A DNA stretch of 64,000 nt from the NCBI GenBank assembly GCA_016206785.1, contig JACQQV010000039.1, forward strand, positions 5,978-69,977, in the 5' to 3' direction. The position numbers and the translations under genes were made by a program. Below the pieces are notes generated by a model that searched no databases, was not told where the DNA came from, and was given only the letters and a program-made list of their open reading frames with translations. Positions 62,776 to 64,000 of this stretch are shown here, piece by piece; positions within the stretch are counted from its first letter, which is position 1; every line of letters begins with the position of its first letter. Source of the stretch: Candidatus Omnitrophota bacterium. GTDB taxonomy: Bacteria; Omnitrophota; Gorgyraeia; JACQQV01.

Positions 62776-64000
62776 CAGGCACGACGGGCTTTGAGGCGGC
62801 CGCTTTTCATAAACCCTTCATAATGGCGCATCAAAAGATGGGACTCCACCTGTTTCATGGTGTCCAACATGACCCCGACGATAATCAGAAGTCCTGTTCC
62901 ACCGAAGAAACTTGCCACAAGATACGGAATCTGAAATGAGGCGCCCACAAAATCTGGAAAAATGGCAATCAGCGTCAAAAAGAGCGCACCGGGCCACGTA
63001 ATCCGCGTAATGATGTAATCAAAATGTTCGGCCGTCGGTTTTCCGGGACGAACGCCCGGAACGAATCCCCCATATTTTTTCATGTTGTCGGCGAGGTCAA
63101 CGGGGTTTAACGTAATGGCAGTATAAAAGAACGAAAAGAAAATAATGAGAGCACTATAAAGAAGGGTATAGACCACCTGTCCCCTCAGAAGAAGTTGCGC
63201 AAACGATTGAAGACCTGGATGTGGGAGGAGACCGGCCATGGTCGCCGGAAAAAGAATGATCGATTGGGCAAAGATAATGGGGATGACTCCCGCTTGGTTG
63301 ATTCTCAGGGGGATGTAGGTGTTCTGGCCACCGTACACTTTTCGACCCACAATGCGTTTGGCATACTGAACAGGAATCTTTCGCGCCGCTTGAGTGATCA
63401 CAATAACCGCAACGATGACCGCAATCATCATCATCATCATTGAAATGAGTTTGAGCCCCGTCAGTTCCTGCTTGGTCACCAAGAAAAACAACTGAACGAT
63501 GGCGGTCGGAATCCGTGAGATGATCCCTACCGTAATGAGAAGCGACATCCCATTTCCAATTCCGTATTCCGTGATCTGCTCCCCCAACCACATGATAAAG
63601 GCGGTGCCGCTGGTGAGCGTTAACACTGTCAGTGCTCGGAAGCGCCATCCTGGATACTGCACAATCTGGAGCCCTCCAAAACGGGCCGGATCCTCAATCC
63701 ACAGACTGATAAAGAAGGATTGAATCAGAGCAAGGGCGACCGTCCCGTACCGCGTATATTGGGTGATCTTTCTTCGGCCGATCTCTCCTTCTTTCGCCAT
63801 TTTTTCAAGAGAGGGGATCACCGCGGTTAAAAGCTGTAAAATAATTGAAGAGGAGATATAAGGCATAATCCCCAAGGCAAAGATCGTGAGCCGTTCGACA
63901 GCCCCACCGCTAAACATGTTCATGATCCCAAAGAGCGTTCCTCCCTGAGTCTTTGCGAGTTCCTCAAAAAACTGTGCCAGTTTATTCCCATCAATTCCCG
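62775..64000 (-). CDS. secY: Preprotein translocase subunit SecY (5' end lies beyond the window edge)
   Basis: ..FGIMNMFSGGAVERLTIFALGIMPYI.. ; reading frame stays open to position 64000; ATGA overlap with adk. Confidence 0.9.
   Translation of the reverse strand, partial: GIDGNKLAQFFEELAKTQGGTLFGIMNMFSGGAVERLTIFALGIMPYISSSIILQLLTAVIPSLEKMAKEGEIGRRKITQYTRYGTVALALIQSFFISLWIEDPARFGGLQIVQYPGWRFRALTVLTLTSGTAFIMWLGEQITEYGIGNGMSLLITVGIISRIPTAIVQLFFLVTKQELTGLKLISMMMMMIAVIVAVIVITQAARKIPVQYAKRIVGRKVYGGQNTYIPLRINQAGVIPIIFAQSIILFPATMAGLLPHPGLQSFAQLLLRGQVVYTLLYSALIIFFSFFYTAITLNPVDLADNMKKYGGFVPGVRPGKPTAEHFDYIITRITWPGALFLTLIAIFPDFVGASFQIPYLVASFFGGTGLLIIVGVMLDTMKQVESHLLMRHYEGFMKSGRLKARRA

Noticed and set aside
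63154-63648. 164-aa His/Asp-rich ORF in an alternative frame of secY
   Set aside because: Lies entirely within the conserved secY coding region on the same strand; low-complexity artefact.
1-64000. CRISPR arrays, transposases, integrases, phage genes
   Set aside because: No regularly spaced direct repeats, no DDE or tyrosine-recombinase-like ORFs, and the tRNA-Gly flank shows no att-like duplication; the window looks like core chromosome.

Overview
This is a 64-kb chromosomal segment at about 50% GC. Roughly 90% of the genes run on the minus strand and many neighbours share overlapping stop/start codons (ATGA, TAATG).

The gene content points to a Gram-negative-type envelope: an LpxL-like lipid A acyltransferase, ADP-heptose genes (gmhA, hldC-like, pfkB kinase), a TonB-family protein, PilT and an ExeA/ExeB-like pair.

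The window ends with the tail of the ribosomal-protein/alpha operon: secY (5' end beyond the window), adk, map, infA, rpmJ, rpsM, rpsK, rpsD, rpoA, rplQ. Other housekeeping content:
- a fatty-acid beta-oxidation trio (acyl-CoA ligase, enoyl-CoA hydratase, 3-hydroxyacyl-CoA dehydrogenase);
- a split methylmalonyl-CoA mutase;
- accB-accC, efp and aroQ;
- aroB, thiE, lipA-lpd;
- pcm and rpsU;
- one tRNA-Gly(CCC).

I found no transposase, integrase or CRISPR array.

The most interesting signals are the following.
- **Candidate riboswitch.** A minus-strand GEMM-I-like cyclic-dinucleotide riboswitch at about 5961-6040 has its own TTGACA-17-TATACT promoter and a terminator hairpin. It sits in front of a small operon: a ribbon-helix-helix-like protein plus a small secreted protein.
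- **c-di-GMP signalling density.** The window holds three PilZ proteins and a GAF/HD-GYP phosphodiesterase.
- **Two unusual fusions.** One is a membrane-anchored Mrr-nuclease-fold domain joined to PilZ. The other joins a cNMP-binding domain, a degenerate MinD-like domain and a patatin phospholipase. Both lie in one long co-directional, overlap-coupled gene array together with Ogt, an endonuclease III-like protein, an M48 peptidase and a SAM hydroxide adenosyltransferase.
- **Small-gene region.** A 600-bp stretch carries three near-consensus sigma70 promoters, two intrinsic terminators and two unannotated small membrane-peptide genes.
- **ORFs missed by the 60-aa cutoff.** A Trm112-like zinc ribbon and rpmJ.

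All calls come from reading the translations and the DNA by eye. No searches were run.
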